The notes: generated by a model not told the origin, from the letters alone. DNA of 64,000 nt from an uncultured Bacteroidales bacterium (GCA_947644715.1 CANSAP010000010.1:718-64717), one strand, 5' to 3'; positions 1-9,594 are shown, numbered from the stretch's first letter. Translations and numbers: made by a program.

Positions 1-1257
1 GCTTATTGGAGTGACGGCGCCCAGATGATTGCTCCCCACGATGTCAAGACCATCGAATATGTGAACGCAATCACCTCCGTTGACCAGATTAAATTTACTC
101 CCAACAAGGAGCTTATCGAAATCATCGGCTCAAAGATTGATGATGAATATCTGACCGACGTCAAGAAACTCTCCCTCTCTCCCGAGGCAATCGAGCGTCA
201 CAAAGACATGAAGATTGTCTACACTCCCATTCATGGCACCGGCATGATGCTCATCTACGATTCACTGAACCGTTGGGGCTTCAAGAATGTTATTCATGTG
301 CCCGAGCAGGATGTGAAGAGCGGCGACTTTCCCACCGTTGATTCCCCCAACCCGGAGAATGCTTCCGCAATGGCCATGGCCATCGCCAAGGCTCGCGAAG
401 TGGGCGCCGATGTAGTAGTGGCCTCCGACCCCGATGCTGACCGTATCGGCCTCGTGGTGCGCGACAAGAAGGGTGAGTATCAGCTCGTAAACGGCAATCA
501 GATTGTGATGATTTTCCTCTACTATCTGATTACCCGCAACGTGGAGCTTGGCCGCCTGAACGGCACCGAATACTGCGTGAAGACCATCGTGACCACCGAG
601 TCAATCAAGCGCATTGCCGACGCCAACAACATCACCTGCTTCGACTGCTACACCGGCTTCAAATGGATTGCCGACGTTATGCGCAACCATGAGCAGACCG
701 CCCGCTACCTTGGCGGTGGCGAAGAGAGCTACGGCTTCCTGGCTGAAGACTTCGTGCGCGACAAGGATGCGGTGTCAGCCATCTCCCTGATGTGCGAAAT
801 CGCTGCTTGGGCTGCCGACCGCGGTCAGAATCTCTATGAGATGCTGATTGACATCTATGCTCAGTATGGCTTCTCCCGCGAGCGCGGCATCAGCGTGGTG
901 CGTCCCGGCAAGAGTGGCGCCGAAGAGATTGTGGCCATGATGAAGAACTTCCGCGAAAATCCCCCCGCAACCCTCGCCGGAAGCCCCGTGACCGCAGTCA
1001 AGGATTATCTTGATCTCAACTGCCGCAACCTCAAGACCGGCCAGGTTGAGAAACTCGACTTCCCCACCACGAGCAATGTGCTCCAGTTCTTCACCGAGCG
1101 TGGCGACAAGGTTTCCATCCGTCCCTCCGGCACCGAGCCCAAGATTAAGTTCTATATCGAAGTGCGCGAGGATATGCCCTCCAAGGAGGCCTACGAGGAA
1201 ACCGTGGCCAAGGCCGAGGAGCATATCGACGCAATCCTCGCTGACCTTAACAAGTAA
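1..1257 (+). CDS. Phosphoglucomutase/phosphomannomutase family protein, C-terminal ~418 aa (5' end lies outside the window)
   Basis: Reading frame is open from base 1 (AYWSDGAQMIAPHD...). Contains alpha-D-phosphohexomutase motifs: TPIHGTG, SDPDADR, GGEESYG, RPSGTEPKIKFY. Confidence 0.9.
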   Translation, partial: AYWSDGAQMIAPHDVKTIEYVNAITSVDQIKFTPNKELIEIIGSKIDDEYLTDVKKLSLSPEAIERHKDMKIVYTPIHGTGMMLIYDSLNRWGFKNVIHVPEQDVKSGDFPTVDSPNPENASAMAMAIAKAREVGADVVVASDPDADRIGLVVRDKKGEYQLVNGNQIVMIFLYYLITRNVELGRLNGTEYCVKTIVTTESIKRIADANNITCFDCYTGFKWIADVMRNHEQTARYLGGGEESYGFLAEDFVRDKDAVSAISLMCEIAAWAADRGQNLYEMLIDIYAQYGFSRERGISVVRPGKSGAEEIVAMMKNFRENPPATLAGSPVTAVKDYLDLNCRNLKTGQVEKLDFPTTSNVLQFFTERGDKVSIRPSGTEPKIKFYIEVREDMPSKEAYEETVAKAEEHIDAILADLNK

Positions 1258-1269
1258 ATATAGAAAAGA

Positions 1270-2022
1270 GTGTTTGATTTTCTTCACATACATAAGGTGA
1301 GACGTTTGCCGGAATTATTCTGGCAAACAGACCTGCACAGTCATGTCTGTCCGGGCATTGACGATGGCAGCCCTAACGCGGAGCGCTCTGTGCAGCTCGT
1401 GGCCGGGATGCATGAACTCGGTTTCCGGCGCATGATTGTGACACCTCATGTCACTGACGAAGTCTTTCCGAACACTCCTGAAATAATAGCGGAGTCTTAC
1501 ACAAGACTTGTGGAGAGTTGCCGTCAGGCCGGGGTGGAGATGAAGTTCAACTATTCGGCGGAATACCGCATTGATGAACTGCTGTTCCACTTCCTGCGCA
1601 CCGGGCAGGTGCGCCCCCTTCCGGGAGGCTACCTGCTGGTGGAGAATTCCTGGATGCAGGAGCCGGCCAACCTGGATGCTTTCCTCTTCGAGCTGCGGAG
1701 CAACTACGGGTATATGCCCGTGCTTGCCCATCCCGAGCGTTACCAGTATTACCAGCGGCATCGCGAGCGCTATCGCCTCTTGCGCGAGCAGGGAATCATG
1801 TTTCAGATAAATCTGCTCTCCTTGGCCGGACATTATGACAAGGCCTGCAAGAACACGGCCGAGTGGCTGCTCGAAAACAAGATGGTGGAGTTCATCGGCA
1901 GCGACATGCACCGTCCCAGTCATCTTGAGTCAATTCGTAACTATCTGATGTCGAAGGATTACAGACGCTTGGAAGCCGTGGCTCCGCTAATACTCAATGA
2001 CACATTGGTGCAGGACACGTAA
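1270..2022 (+). CDS. PHP-family protein-tyrosine phosphatase, CpsB/YwqE-like (capsule-associated)
   Basis: DLHSHVCPGIDDGSPN...TPHV...AHPERY...GSDMH metal-ligand pattern typical of CpsB/YwqE. Start is GTG at 1270. Confidence 0.75.
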   Translation: MFDFLHIHKVRRLPELFWQTDLHSHVCPGIDDGSPNAERSVQLVAGMHELGFRRMIVTPHVTDEVFPNTPEIIAESYTRLVESCRQAGVEMKFNYSAEYRIDELLFHFLRTGQVRPLPGGYLLVENSWMQEPANLDAFLFELRSNYGYMPVLAHPERYQYYQRHRERYRLLREQGIMFQINLLSLAGHYDKACKNTAEWLLENKMVEFIGSDMHRPSHLESIRNYLMSKDYRRLEAVAPLILNDTLVQDT

Positions 2023-2183
2023 CGCCTGTACATCTCCCACACTCCTGACCGGGGCATCTGCCGATTTATTGGCGGATGCCCCGGTTCAATTATCGTTAGA
2101 CCCGCTCCACATCATAGGTGAAACCGATTTCAGAAATCGTAAAAATCCTCGGACGCCATGCCGGCTTGCCGTTGCAAACGATG

Positions 2184-2191
2184 TAATTTTG
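2184..2191 (+). promoter_or_regulatory. Bacteroidetes-type -7 promoter box TAATTTTG
   Basis: Matches the TAnnTTTG consensus. Lies upstream of the 19-nt palindromic leader motif and the ThrE-like operon. Confidence 0.5.
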
Positions 2192-2359
2192 CGGAGTGAT
2201 TTTTAGACTCAGAAGTCAAGATGACTTCACACTCTTAACTATTAATGATTATGATGAATCCTATGGTTATATGGTATCTCCTTGTGAGTGCCGTCTTGAT
2301 TGCGTCGCTTTGCCGGCTGATATGTTATTTGAAAGGGCAACATCGCTTGCCTCATATGT

Positions 2360-3199
2360 TTGGACGTTACAGAGAGAAGGAGATTTGCTATGTGCCGGGC
2401 GACAAAGACACTGATGACCTCGATGCAGACTGAGCCGGCGGAGGTTGAAGATTCGATGGCGCTCGCCGGTCGCTTCCTGACTGACTACACGGCGAGTCTT
2501 TGGGGCTGTGGCGCAACATGCGTGCGCGTTGAGAAGAATGTGCGTCGCATAGCCGGCAGCTACGGCTATCGGTCAGAGATAACGATTCTTCCCGGGCATC
2601 TCTCAATAGTGCTCAGCAGAGAGGGGGAGGAGCCTCGACTCTTTACGCAGATTATTCATCCCAAAAGCATTGACTTCACTATGAATGCCGAGCTGAGCGC
2701 CCTGAGCTGGAATATCAGTGACAACCGTGTGCCGATAGCGCAGGCGCGACGTGAGTTCAATCGCATTGTTGAGCCGCATCGCCATGGAGATATGCGCATC
2801 GCGCTGCTGGCCTCGATGGCTAATGCCTCCTTCTGCCGCTTGTTCGGAGGTGATGCCGGGGCTATGGGTGTGGTGTTTGCCGCAACTTTGGTCGGGATGT
2901 TTTTCAAGCACATTCTGATGGGCGCTCGTGTGGATAACAGAGTGGTCTTCTTTCTGTGCGCCATGCTTTCGGCAATGCTTTGCGCCGGCGCCACACTCTT
3001 CAACATTAGTGCTACGCCGGAAATAGCGCAGGCCACATGCGTGCTCTATCTCATTCCCGGCGTGCCATACATCAATGCCGCGGGCGACTTCATAGCCCGC
3101 CACTATCTGTGTGCGGCCAGTCGTCTGGCTGATGCTGCGGTGCTGACCGCAGCGCTCTCCGCCGGACTCTATCTCGGACTCTATTTAGAGCGGATTTAA
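2360..3199 (+). CDS. Threonine/serine exporter family protein, ThrE/YjjP-like (DUF1212-type)
   Basis: Multi-pass membrane protein, paired with the DUF3815-type partner immediately downstream. Start is uncertain: TTG at 2360, ATG at 2390 or ATG at 2414. Confidence 0.7.
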   Translation: MDVTERRRFAMCRATKTLMTSMQTEPAEVEDSMALAGRFLTDYTASLWGCGATCVRVEKNVRRIAGSYGYRSEITILPGHLSIVLSREGEEPRLFTQIIHPKSIDFTMNAELSALSWNISDNRVPIAQARREFNRIVEPHRHGDMRIALLASMANASFCRLFGGDAGAMGVVFAATLVGMFFKHILMGARVDNRVVFFLCAMLSAMLCAGATLFNISATPEIAQATCVLYLIPGVPYINAAGDFIARHYLCAASRLADAAVLTAALSAGLYLGLYLERI

Positions 3200-3210
3200 T
3201 AATTAATGCG

Positions 3211-3714
3211 ATGTTACTCAACGAAATAATCAGTCTGTCAGCCCTGGGAGAGGATGCGCTTTTTGCCGCCATGGCCGCCATAGGGTTTGCCTGCATAAGC
3301 CACACTCCGCGCCGCACGGCACTCATCTGCGGACTGGCGGGCGCAGCAGCTCATGCCTTCAGAAGCCTGCTGATGGCTCCCGGGGTGTGTGACATGAATA
3401 TCATTCCGGCCGGCACGATTGCCGCTTTCCTCGCCGGGGTCATTGCCGTGTTGCTGTCACCCTTGGTGAAGGTGCCGGCAGAGGCCTGCCTCTTTCCCGC
3501 TCTGCTTCCGATGATTCCCGGCATGTATGCATATAAAGCCGTAGCCGGACTGGCCGGATGTCTGACCTGCGCCTCGGAGGGTGCGGCGGCTCATCAGATG
3601 TATCTCTTTTTCAGCAATGCACTGACCTGCACGGCGGTAGTAATAGGGATGGTGCTGGGGGCCAATCTGCCGATATTCATGCTTAAAAAGATTTCTTTTC
3701 AGGCCACCCGATGA
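3211..3714 (+). CDS. Threonine/serine exporter family protein, YjjB-like (DUF3815-type)
   Basis: 167-aa hydrophobic protein directly downstream of the DUF1212-type gene, which is the usual two-gene arrangement. Confidence 0.65.
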   Translation: MLLNEIISLSALGEDALFAAMAAIGFACISHTPRRTALICGLAGAAAHAFRSLLMAPGVCDMNIIPAGTIAAFLAGVIAVLLSPLVKVPAEACLFPALLPMIPGMYAYKAVAGLAGCLTCASEGAAAHQMYLFFSNALTCTAVVIGMVLGANLPIFMLKKISFQATR

Positions 3715-3722
3715 AGTTTTTG

Positions 3723-3730
3723 TAATTTTG
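3723..3730 (+). promoter_or_regulatory. -7 promoter box TAATTTTG
   Basis: TAnnTTTG match ending 19 nt upstream of the LysR ATG at 3750. Confidence 0.55.
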
Positions 3731-3749
3731 CAACCTCAATATTTCGATA

Positions 3750-4655
3750 ATGGAACTACGCCAGATAAAATACTTTGTCAAAGCAGCCGAATTGCTGAGC
3801 TTTTCCGAGGCTGCCAGGGTGCTGAACATAGCTCAAAGCACCCTGTCGCAGCAGGTGCGGGTGCTTGAGGATGAGCTTGGTATTCAGCTTTTTGACCGCC
3901 ATTCCCATGTCATCTCTCTGACCGAAGCCGGGCGCGAGCTGCTCCCCTTGGCTTTGCGCACACTGCATGAGGCCGACAGCTGTCTGGCTCGAATGCAGGA
4001 TTTGGGAAAACTGGCCACCGGCACTCTCAATATCGGTGTCACCTATTCCTTCTCGCCGATTCTGACCGAAACCCTCCTGGAGTTCGCAAAGCGTTATCCC
4101 GGGGTACGGCTCAATGTTCTCTACAAACCGATGGCGGAGCTGATGGAGCTTCTGAGTGCACGCTCGCTTGACTTTGTGCTTGCCTTTCGCCCCTCGGAGC
4201 GGATTGAGGGGATAGAGTCACACGTGCTTTTTGACAACCATCTGGGGGTTATCGTGCGCGACTCGCATCCGCTGGCTGCCAAGCAGAGCGTGGGTGCCGA
4301 CGACCTGCGCCGCTATAACCTGATTTTGCCTTCGAAAGGGTTGCAGGCCCGCAATGCTTTTGACCGATGTGTGGCGCAGGCCGGCCTGGCGTTCGACATC
4401 CACATCGAGCTTAATGAGGTGAATATTCTGCTGGAGCTAATCAGGCACAGCAATATGATTACCGTGCTCTCCGAGGCCACCATCTATAACCGCACCGGCA
4501 TCAAGGCCATACCTCTGGAGCTGCCCGGGAGCGAGATGGAGGGTTGTGTGCACATGCTCCGCAACTGCTATCGGAAGCACTCGGCTTTGGAGTTTATCCG
4601 CCTGCTTCGTGACTCTGATGCAGTGCGGGCGAGAGCCCGGAGCTGGCTCGATTAA
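3750..4655 (+). CDS. LysR-family transcriptional regulator
   Basis: N-terminal wHTH (MELRQIKYFVKAAELLSFSEAARVLNIAQSTLSQQVRVLEDELGIQLFDR) followed by a LysR substrate-binding domain. Confidence 0.9.
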   Translation: MELRQIKYFVKAAELLSFSEAARVLNIAQSTLSQQVRVLEDELGIQLFDRHSHVISLTEAGRELLPLALRTLHEADSCLARMQDLGKLATGTLNIGVTYSFSPILTETLLEFAKRYPGVRLNVLYKPMAELMELLSARSLDFVLAFRPSERIEGIESHVLFDNHLGVIVRDSHPLAAKQSVGADDLRRYNLILPSKGLQARNAFDRCVAQAGLAFDIHIELNEVNILLELIRHSNMITVLSEATIYNRTGIKAIPLELPGSEMEGCVHMLRNCYRKHSALEFIRLLRDSDAVRARARSWLD

Positions 4656-6670
4656 TCGCCGTTGGAGAGCATTTTAAGAAACTCCTCTTCGGAGAGCATC
4701 GGTATGCCGAGCTTGGCGCACTTCTCAGCCTTGGCCGGACCCATGTTCTCACCCGCCAGCACGAAGCTGGTCTTCTTGGAGATGGAACCGACGTTCTTCC
4801 CCCCTTCGCGCTCAATGATTTCCTTATATTCATCGCGGCTATGGCGGGAGAATGTGCCTGAGATTACAATCTGTTTTCCCTCGAGCGCAGTGCCTTTGGG
4901 TTGCATCTGCTCCTCGCTCAGACTCATCTGCACTCCGGCCTCGCGGAGGGCATCGATGGTTGAGATGTTGGCCGGCTCGCGCAGGAAGTCGAATATGCAG
5001 CGGGCAATTATTGGTCCGACGTCAGGAATACTTGTCAGTTCTTCTTCACTCATTTCCAGTAATCGGTCCATGCTCTGCACGGTGCGGGCAAGCCGCTTGG
5101 CCGTGGTCTCACCCACGTTGGGAATCGAGAGAGCATACACCACTCTCTCAAACGGCACTGACTTCGAGGCCTCGATGCCACGGATTATGCGCTGCGCGCT
5201 GCGCTCTCCCAGTCCTTCGAGATGCGAGAGGTCAGCAGTCGTGAGCTTATATAGGTCGGCAATGCAGGTGACGATGCCATGCCGATAGAGCTGCTCGACG
5301 GTCTCTTCGCCTATGCCGTCGATGTCCATCATGCGGCGGGCGCAGAAGTGCTCGATGCGACCCGTGATTTGCGGAGGACAACCGTAGCGGTTCGGACACC
5401 ACCAGGCGGCTTCACCCTCGATGCGGGTGAGGGGTGTGCCGCAGGAGGGACAGTGCGAAACAAACTCCACCGGGCGAGAACCCTCAGCGCGTGCTTTGAG
5501 GTCGACGCCGGTGATTTTAGGAATAATCTCGCCCCCTTTCTCCACGTAGAGCCTGTCATGCTCATGGATGTCGAGCTGCCGGATGATATCCTCATTATGA
5601 AGCGATGCGCGCTTGACGATGGTGCCGGAGAGGAGCACCGGTTCAAGATTGGCCACGGGGGTCACGATGCCCATTCGCCCGGTCTCGAAGCTGACGAAGC
5701 GCAGCGGAGTGCAGGCCCGTTCGGGGTTGAATTTATAGGCAATAGCCCAGCGAGGAGACTTGGCTGTGTAGCCCAGGTTGAGCTGCTGGCGCAGAGAGTT
5801 GACTTTGAACACGAGTCCGTCGGTGGCCACCGGCAGTTTGCGTCGTTCCTCATCCCAATAATTGATGTAGGCATTCACCTGCTCCAGGCTGTCCATGAGT
5901 TTCATGGCCGAAGATACTTTGAAACCCCAGCTGCGGGCCGCCTCCATATTCTGATAATGGTCAGGGAAGGGGAGGTCTTCTCCCAGCAGATAGTAGAACC
6001 GGGCATCCAGGCGGCGTGCGGCCACGATGCGCGGGTCGAGCGTCTTCAGTGTGCCGGATGCTGCGTTGCGCGGGTTGGCGAAGAGGGGCTCCTCATTCTC
6101 GAAGCGCTCGCGGTTCAGCCGTTCGAAGCTCTCCCAGGGCATGAGAATCTCGCCACGAATCTCGAAGCGTTCGGGCCAGTTGCCCGGCTGCAGCCGGAGC
6201 GGAATGGAACGGATAGTCATAACGTTGCGGGTCACGTCGTCCCCTTGGGTTCCGTCCCCTCTGGTTACGGCGCGCACCAATTGACCCCGCTCGTAGGTCA
6301 GGGAGATGGAGGTGCCGTCGAATTTCATTTCTCCCACCACTTGCCAAGGCTCTCCACCCAGACCGTCGCTCACACGGCGGAACCAGTCGTCCACCTCCTC
6401 AATGCTGTAAGTGTTGGCAAGCGACATCATCGGGCGTTCATGCACCACATGCTCAAACCCTGAAGAGAGGTCGGAGCCGACACGCTGAGTGGGGGAGAGG
6501 GGATCATGCAGTTCCGGATGCTCACGCTCCAGCTCTTCAAGCTCACGCATCATCAGGTCAAATTCCTTGTCGGAAATCTCGGGTGCGTTCAGCACATAGT
6601 AATTATGGTTGTGGCGGTGAAGCTCCTCGCGCAATTGCTGCACACGCCCGGCGGGGGTCAATTCAGTCAT
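4652..6670 (-). CDS. ligA: NAD-dependent DNA ligase
   Basis: 672 aa with the KxDG adenylation motif (EMKFDG), a Zn-finger (CPSCGTPL...CPN), HhH repeats and a C-terminal BRCT. Confidence 0.97.
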   Translation of the reverse strand: MTELTPAGRVQQLREELHRHNHNYYVLNAPEISDKEFDLMMRELEELEREHPELHDPLSPTQRVGSDLSSGFEHVVHERPMMSLANTYSIEEVDDWFRRVSDGLGGEPWQVVGEMKFDGTSISLTYERGQLVRAVTRGDGTQGDDVTRNVMTIRSIPLRLQPGNWPERFEIRGEILMPWESFERLNRERFENEEPLFANPRNAASGTLKTLDPRIVAARRLDARFYYLLGEDLPFPDHYQNMEAARSWGFKVSSAMKLMDSLEQVNAYINYWDEERRKLPVATDGLVFKVNSLRQQLNLGYTAKSPRWAIAYKFNPERACTPLRFVSFETGRMGIVTPVANLEPVLLSGTIVKRASLHNEDIIRQLDIHEHDRLYVEKGGEIIPKITGVDLKARAEGSRPVEFVSHCPSCGTPLTRIEGEAAWWCPNRYGCPPQITGRIEHFCARRMMDIDGIGEETVEQLYRHGIVTCIADLYKLTTADLSHLEGLGERSAQRIIRGIEASKSVPFERVVYALSIPNVGETTAKRLARTVQSMDRLLEMSEEELTSIPDVGPIIARCIFDFLREPANISTIDALREAGVQMSLSEEQMQPKGTALEGKQIVISGTFSRHSRDEYKEIIEREGGKNVGSISKKTSFVLAGENMGPAKAEKCAKLGIPMLSEEEFLKMLSNGD

Positions 6671-6691
6671 GAAGTTAAAAGTATTTCACTG

Positions 6692-6699
6692 CAAAATTA
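6692..6699 (-). promoter_or_regulatory. -7 promoter box (TAATTTTG on the minus strand) for ligA
   Basis: Plus-strand caaaatta, about 21 nt upstream of the ligA ATG at 6670. Confidence 0.5.
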
Positions 6700-6761
6700 A
6701 GAAAAAACGGGTGAGCTGTAAAATAATCAGGCTAAAATGTGAAAATGCAGAAAATTATTCT

Positions 6762-6769
6762 TACCTTTG
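6762..6769 (+). promoter_or_regulatory. -7 promoter box TACCTTTG for the amylase gene
   Basis: TAnnTTTG match about 90 nt upstream of the ATG at 6859. Confidence 0.55.
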
Positions 6770-6858
6770 CGCGTAATTTGGCCTGCGCGTAAAAGCGCAT
6801 CTATCCATAGATTAGACTCAAAAGACAGTTAACTTAATAAATCTTACATTTTATCTAC

Positions 6859-9594
6859 ATGTTGAAGAAACTCTTTCTCTCGCTCGCCTTGGCAGGTGCA
6901 GCGCAAGGAGTCTTTGCAGCAGGATCTTACAATTTCCCGGACAATATCCAGGATTGCAACATCCTCCATTGCTTTGACTGGAAATTCAGCGACATCAAGG
7001 CCGAACTTCCCAATATTGCAGAAGCCGGTTTCGGCGCAATTCAGGTGAGCCCCGTGCAGGGCAACTGCGCTACGGGCGCCGAGTGGTTCTATGCCTATAT
7101 GCCCTATGACTTCGCTTTCAAGGCTAACGGCAACGGCTCACGTGCGGAATTGCAGGCTCTCTGCCAGGAAGCAGAGAAGTATGGAATCAAGATTGTTGTG
7201 GACGTTGTGGCCAACCATGTTAATCAGGCTGCCGGTTATCACGACACTTGGTGGGACTCCAATAACCGTGTGCGTTGGAACGGCGGCGTGGACTACAATA
7301 GCCGCTACTCAATCACTCATAACCAGCTTGGCGAATATGGCGACGTGAACTCTGAGGATGCTCAGGTGCAGGCGCGTGCCAAAGCCTTTATCGAAGACCT
7401 CAAGAGCCTTGGTGTCAAGGGTATACGTTGGGATGCCGCCAAGCATATCGGCCTCCCCTCCGAGAGCTGCGGGTTCTGGTCAGCCGTGACCTCCGTGCCC
7501 GGCATGTGGCACTACGGCGAGATTCTCGACGGCCCCGGCGGCGACAAGTATGGCCTGCTCAAGGAATATACCAACTATATTTCAGTGACCGACTCCGAAT
7601 ACTCTGAATGGGCTAAGAATCAGGTGCTTAACGGTCAGGTGCCCACCGGTGGCGGTTCTTGGACTGCCAATCAGGTTCCCTCAACCGGCATCGTGTACTG
7701 GGGTGAGAGCCATGACACCTACTCAAACGACGGTCAATATGGCTGGAACTCCTCTCAGACCTCTCAGGACAAGATTGACCGCATCTGGGCCATCGGCGCC
7801 TGCCGCAACGGCGAAAGCTCTCTCTACTTCTCTCGCCCGGCAGCCACTACCCGCACCTCAATCAAGATGGGTCAGAAAGGCTCCACTCACTTCACCAGCA
7901 AGGAGATAGCAGCCGTTAACCACCTGCGCAACGCAATGGTTGGCACAGCTGACTGGTACTCCCACAGCGACGGTGTGGCCTGCATCACCCGCCAGGGTGG
8001 CGGTGCCTGCATCGTGGTCGGTGCCGGCGGCAGCCGTCAGGTGAGTGTGACCAACGGCGGCAGCTATGTGCCCGCAGGTGAATATATCGACGAAGTGAGC
8101 GGCAACAAGTTCACTGTGACTTCATCCACCATCTCCGGCCAGGTTGGCTCCACCGGTATCGCCGTAATCTATGGCGAAGTGAAGCATGACCCCGCCGTAA
8201 ACTTCACTCCCAACGGCGGCAACTTCCGTGAGACCATCACCGTGACTGCCACCACTCAGTATGCCACCTCTGCCTGGTATAAGGTCGGTTCCGGCTCACA
8301 GGTAAGCTTTACCGGCACCAAGACCTTCACCATCGGCGAAGGCATGGAAGTGGGCGACGCAGTGACTGTGACCTGGAGCGCTACCGGCGACGAAGGCACC
8401 AAGACCGGCTCCGTAACCTTCACAAAGGTTGACAAGCCTGTGGCTGAACCCAACACTATCTACTACGATAACTCTCTGACCAACTGGGCTACTCCCTATA
8501 TCCACTATTGGGATGCAACGACATCAAGCACATGGCCCGGCGAGCCGATGGAAAAAGTCGAGGGCAACATCTGGAAAAAGACTGTACCTGAAACCACTAC
8601 CGGCTGCTTGTTCAACGCAGGCGATGGCGATGCCACCAAGACCGGCGACATGGTAGTCGTTATGGGTCACCTTTACAATAAGAACGGCGACCAGGGTGAG
8701 TATGGCGACGGTGGCGGCCAAGGCAGCGGCGGCGACGATGATGAGACCGTTACCGTGCCTGATGATGGCAAGATGCGTATCTTCTACGACAACTCCGTAT
8801 CCCGTTGGACCACTCCTCACATTCACTACTGGGGTGGCACCTCAGAAAGCACCTGGCCCGGTGTGGCTATGCAGCCGTTCAATGGCGACGTTTGGGTAGC
8901 CATCGTGGCTGACGGCACTACCGGCTGTCTGTTCAATGCCGGTGACGGCGATGCCACCAAGACCGGCGACATGGTTGCAACCAACAACCACAAGTATAAT
9001 CAGGGTGGCGACCAGGGTCAGTATGCAACCATCGGTGGCGGTGGTGGCGACGATGATGTAGAGATGCCTGCCGCTCTCTATATCCTCGGCACTATCCGCG
9101 GCATCACTCCCGCCTGGAACACCGCTCAGTCTCTGCCCATGACCAAGGATGGCAACACCTTCACCATCAGCAACGTGACCATCGACAAGGCTGAAGAGGG
9201 CACCCTCGGCTACTTCACATTCGTAACAGTGCTTGGCGCTGACTGGGATGCTGTCAACATGTCTGACCGCTACGGCTCTGAGGCCGGCCTGACCGACCCC
9301 GACGGCAACACTCTCGTTACTCCCGGCATGGACGCAACAATCGTTCGCTATCCCGTGAACGTAAGCGCAATGGGCGCCACCTCCTGGAGCATTGACCCCG
9401 GCACTTACAACATTGTGGCTGACTTCAAGACCATGAAGCTCACCATCAACAGTGTGACCGGTGTGGAAATGGTAATCGACATGCAAGCCGAACCCCTGTA
9501 CTTCGACATGCAGGGTCGCCGCGTGATGAACCCCGAAAAGGGCATCTATATCGTGCGTCGCGGTAACACCGTTACCAAGGAATATGTGCGCTAA
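6859..9594 (+). CDS. Secreted GH13 alpha-amylase with two tandem CBM25/26-like starch-binding modules and a T9SS C-terminal sorting domain
   Basis: Signal peptide is present. GH13 motifs are VDVVANH, GIRWDAAKH and ESHD. Two ~80-aa repeats (IYYDNS..W..PYIHYW..STWPG..GCLFNAGDGDATKTGDM) are separated by Gly/Asp linkers. The C-terminus (...FDMQGRRV..PEKGIYIVRRG...) looks like a T9SS CTD. Confidence 0.9.
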   Translation: MLKKLFLSLALAGAAQGVFAAGSYNFPDNIQDCNILHCFDWKFSDIKAELPNIAEAGFGAIQVSPVQGNCATGAEWFYAYMPYDFAFKANGNGSRAELQALCQEAEKYGIKIVVDVVANHVNQAAGYHDTWWDSNNRVRWNGGVDYNSRYSITHNQLGEYGDVNSEDAQVQARAKAFIEDLKSLGVKGIRWDAAKHIGLPSESCGFWSAVTSVPGMWHYGEILDGPGGDKYGLLKEYTNYISVTDSEYSEWAKNQVLNGQVPTGGGSWTANQVPSTGIVYWGESHDTYSNDGQYGWNSSQTSQDKIDRIWAIGACRNGESSLYFSRPAATTRTSIKMGQKGSTHFTSKEIAAVNHLRNAMVGTADWYSHSDGVACITRQGGGACIVVGAGGSRQVSVTNGGSYVPAGEYIDEVSGNKFTVTSSTISGQVGSTGIAVIYGEVKHDPAVNFTPNGGNFRETITVTATTQYATSAWYKVGSGSQVSFTGTKTFTIGEGMEVGDAVTVTWSATGDEGTKTGSVTFTKVDKPVAEPNTIYYDNSLTNWATPYIHYWDATTSSTWPGEPMEKVEGNIWKKTVPETTTGCLFNAGDGDATKTGDMVVVMGHLYNKNGDQGEYGDGGGQGSGGDDDETVTVPDDGKMRIFYDNSVSRWTTPHIHYWGGTSESTWPGVAMQPFNGDVWVAIVADGTTGCLFNAGDGDATKTGDMVATNNHKYNQGGDQGQYATIGGGGGDDDVEMPAALYILGTIRGITPAWNTAQSLPMTKDGNTFTISNVTIDKAEEGTLGYFTFVTVLGADWDAVNMSDRYGSEAGLTDPDGNTLVTPGMDATIVRYPVNVSAMGATSWSIDPGTYNIVADFKTMKLTINSVTGVEMVIDMQAEPLYFDMQGRRVMNPEKGIYIVRRGNTVTKEYVR

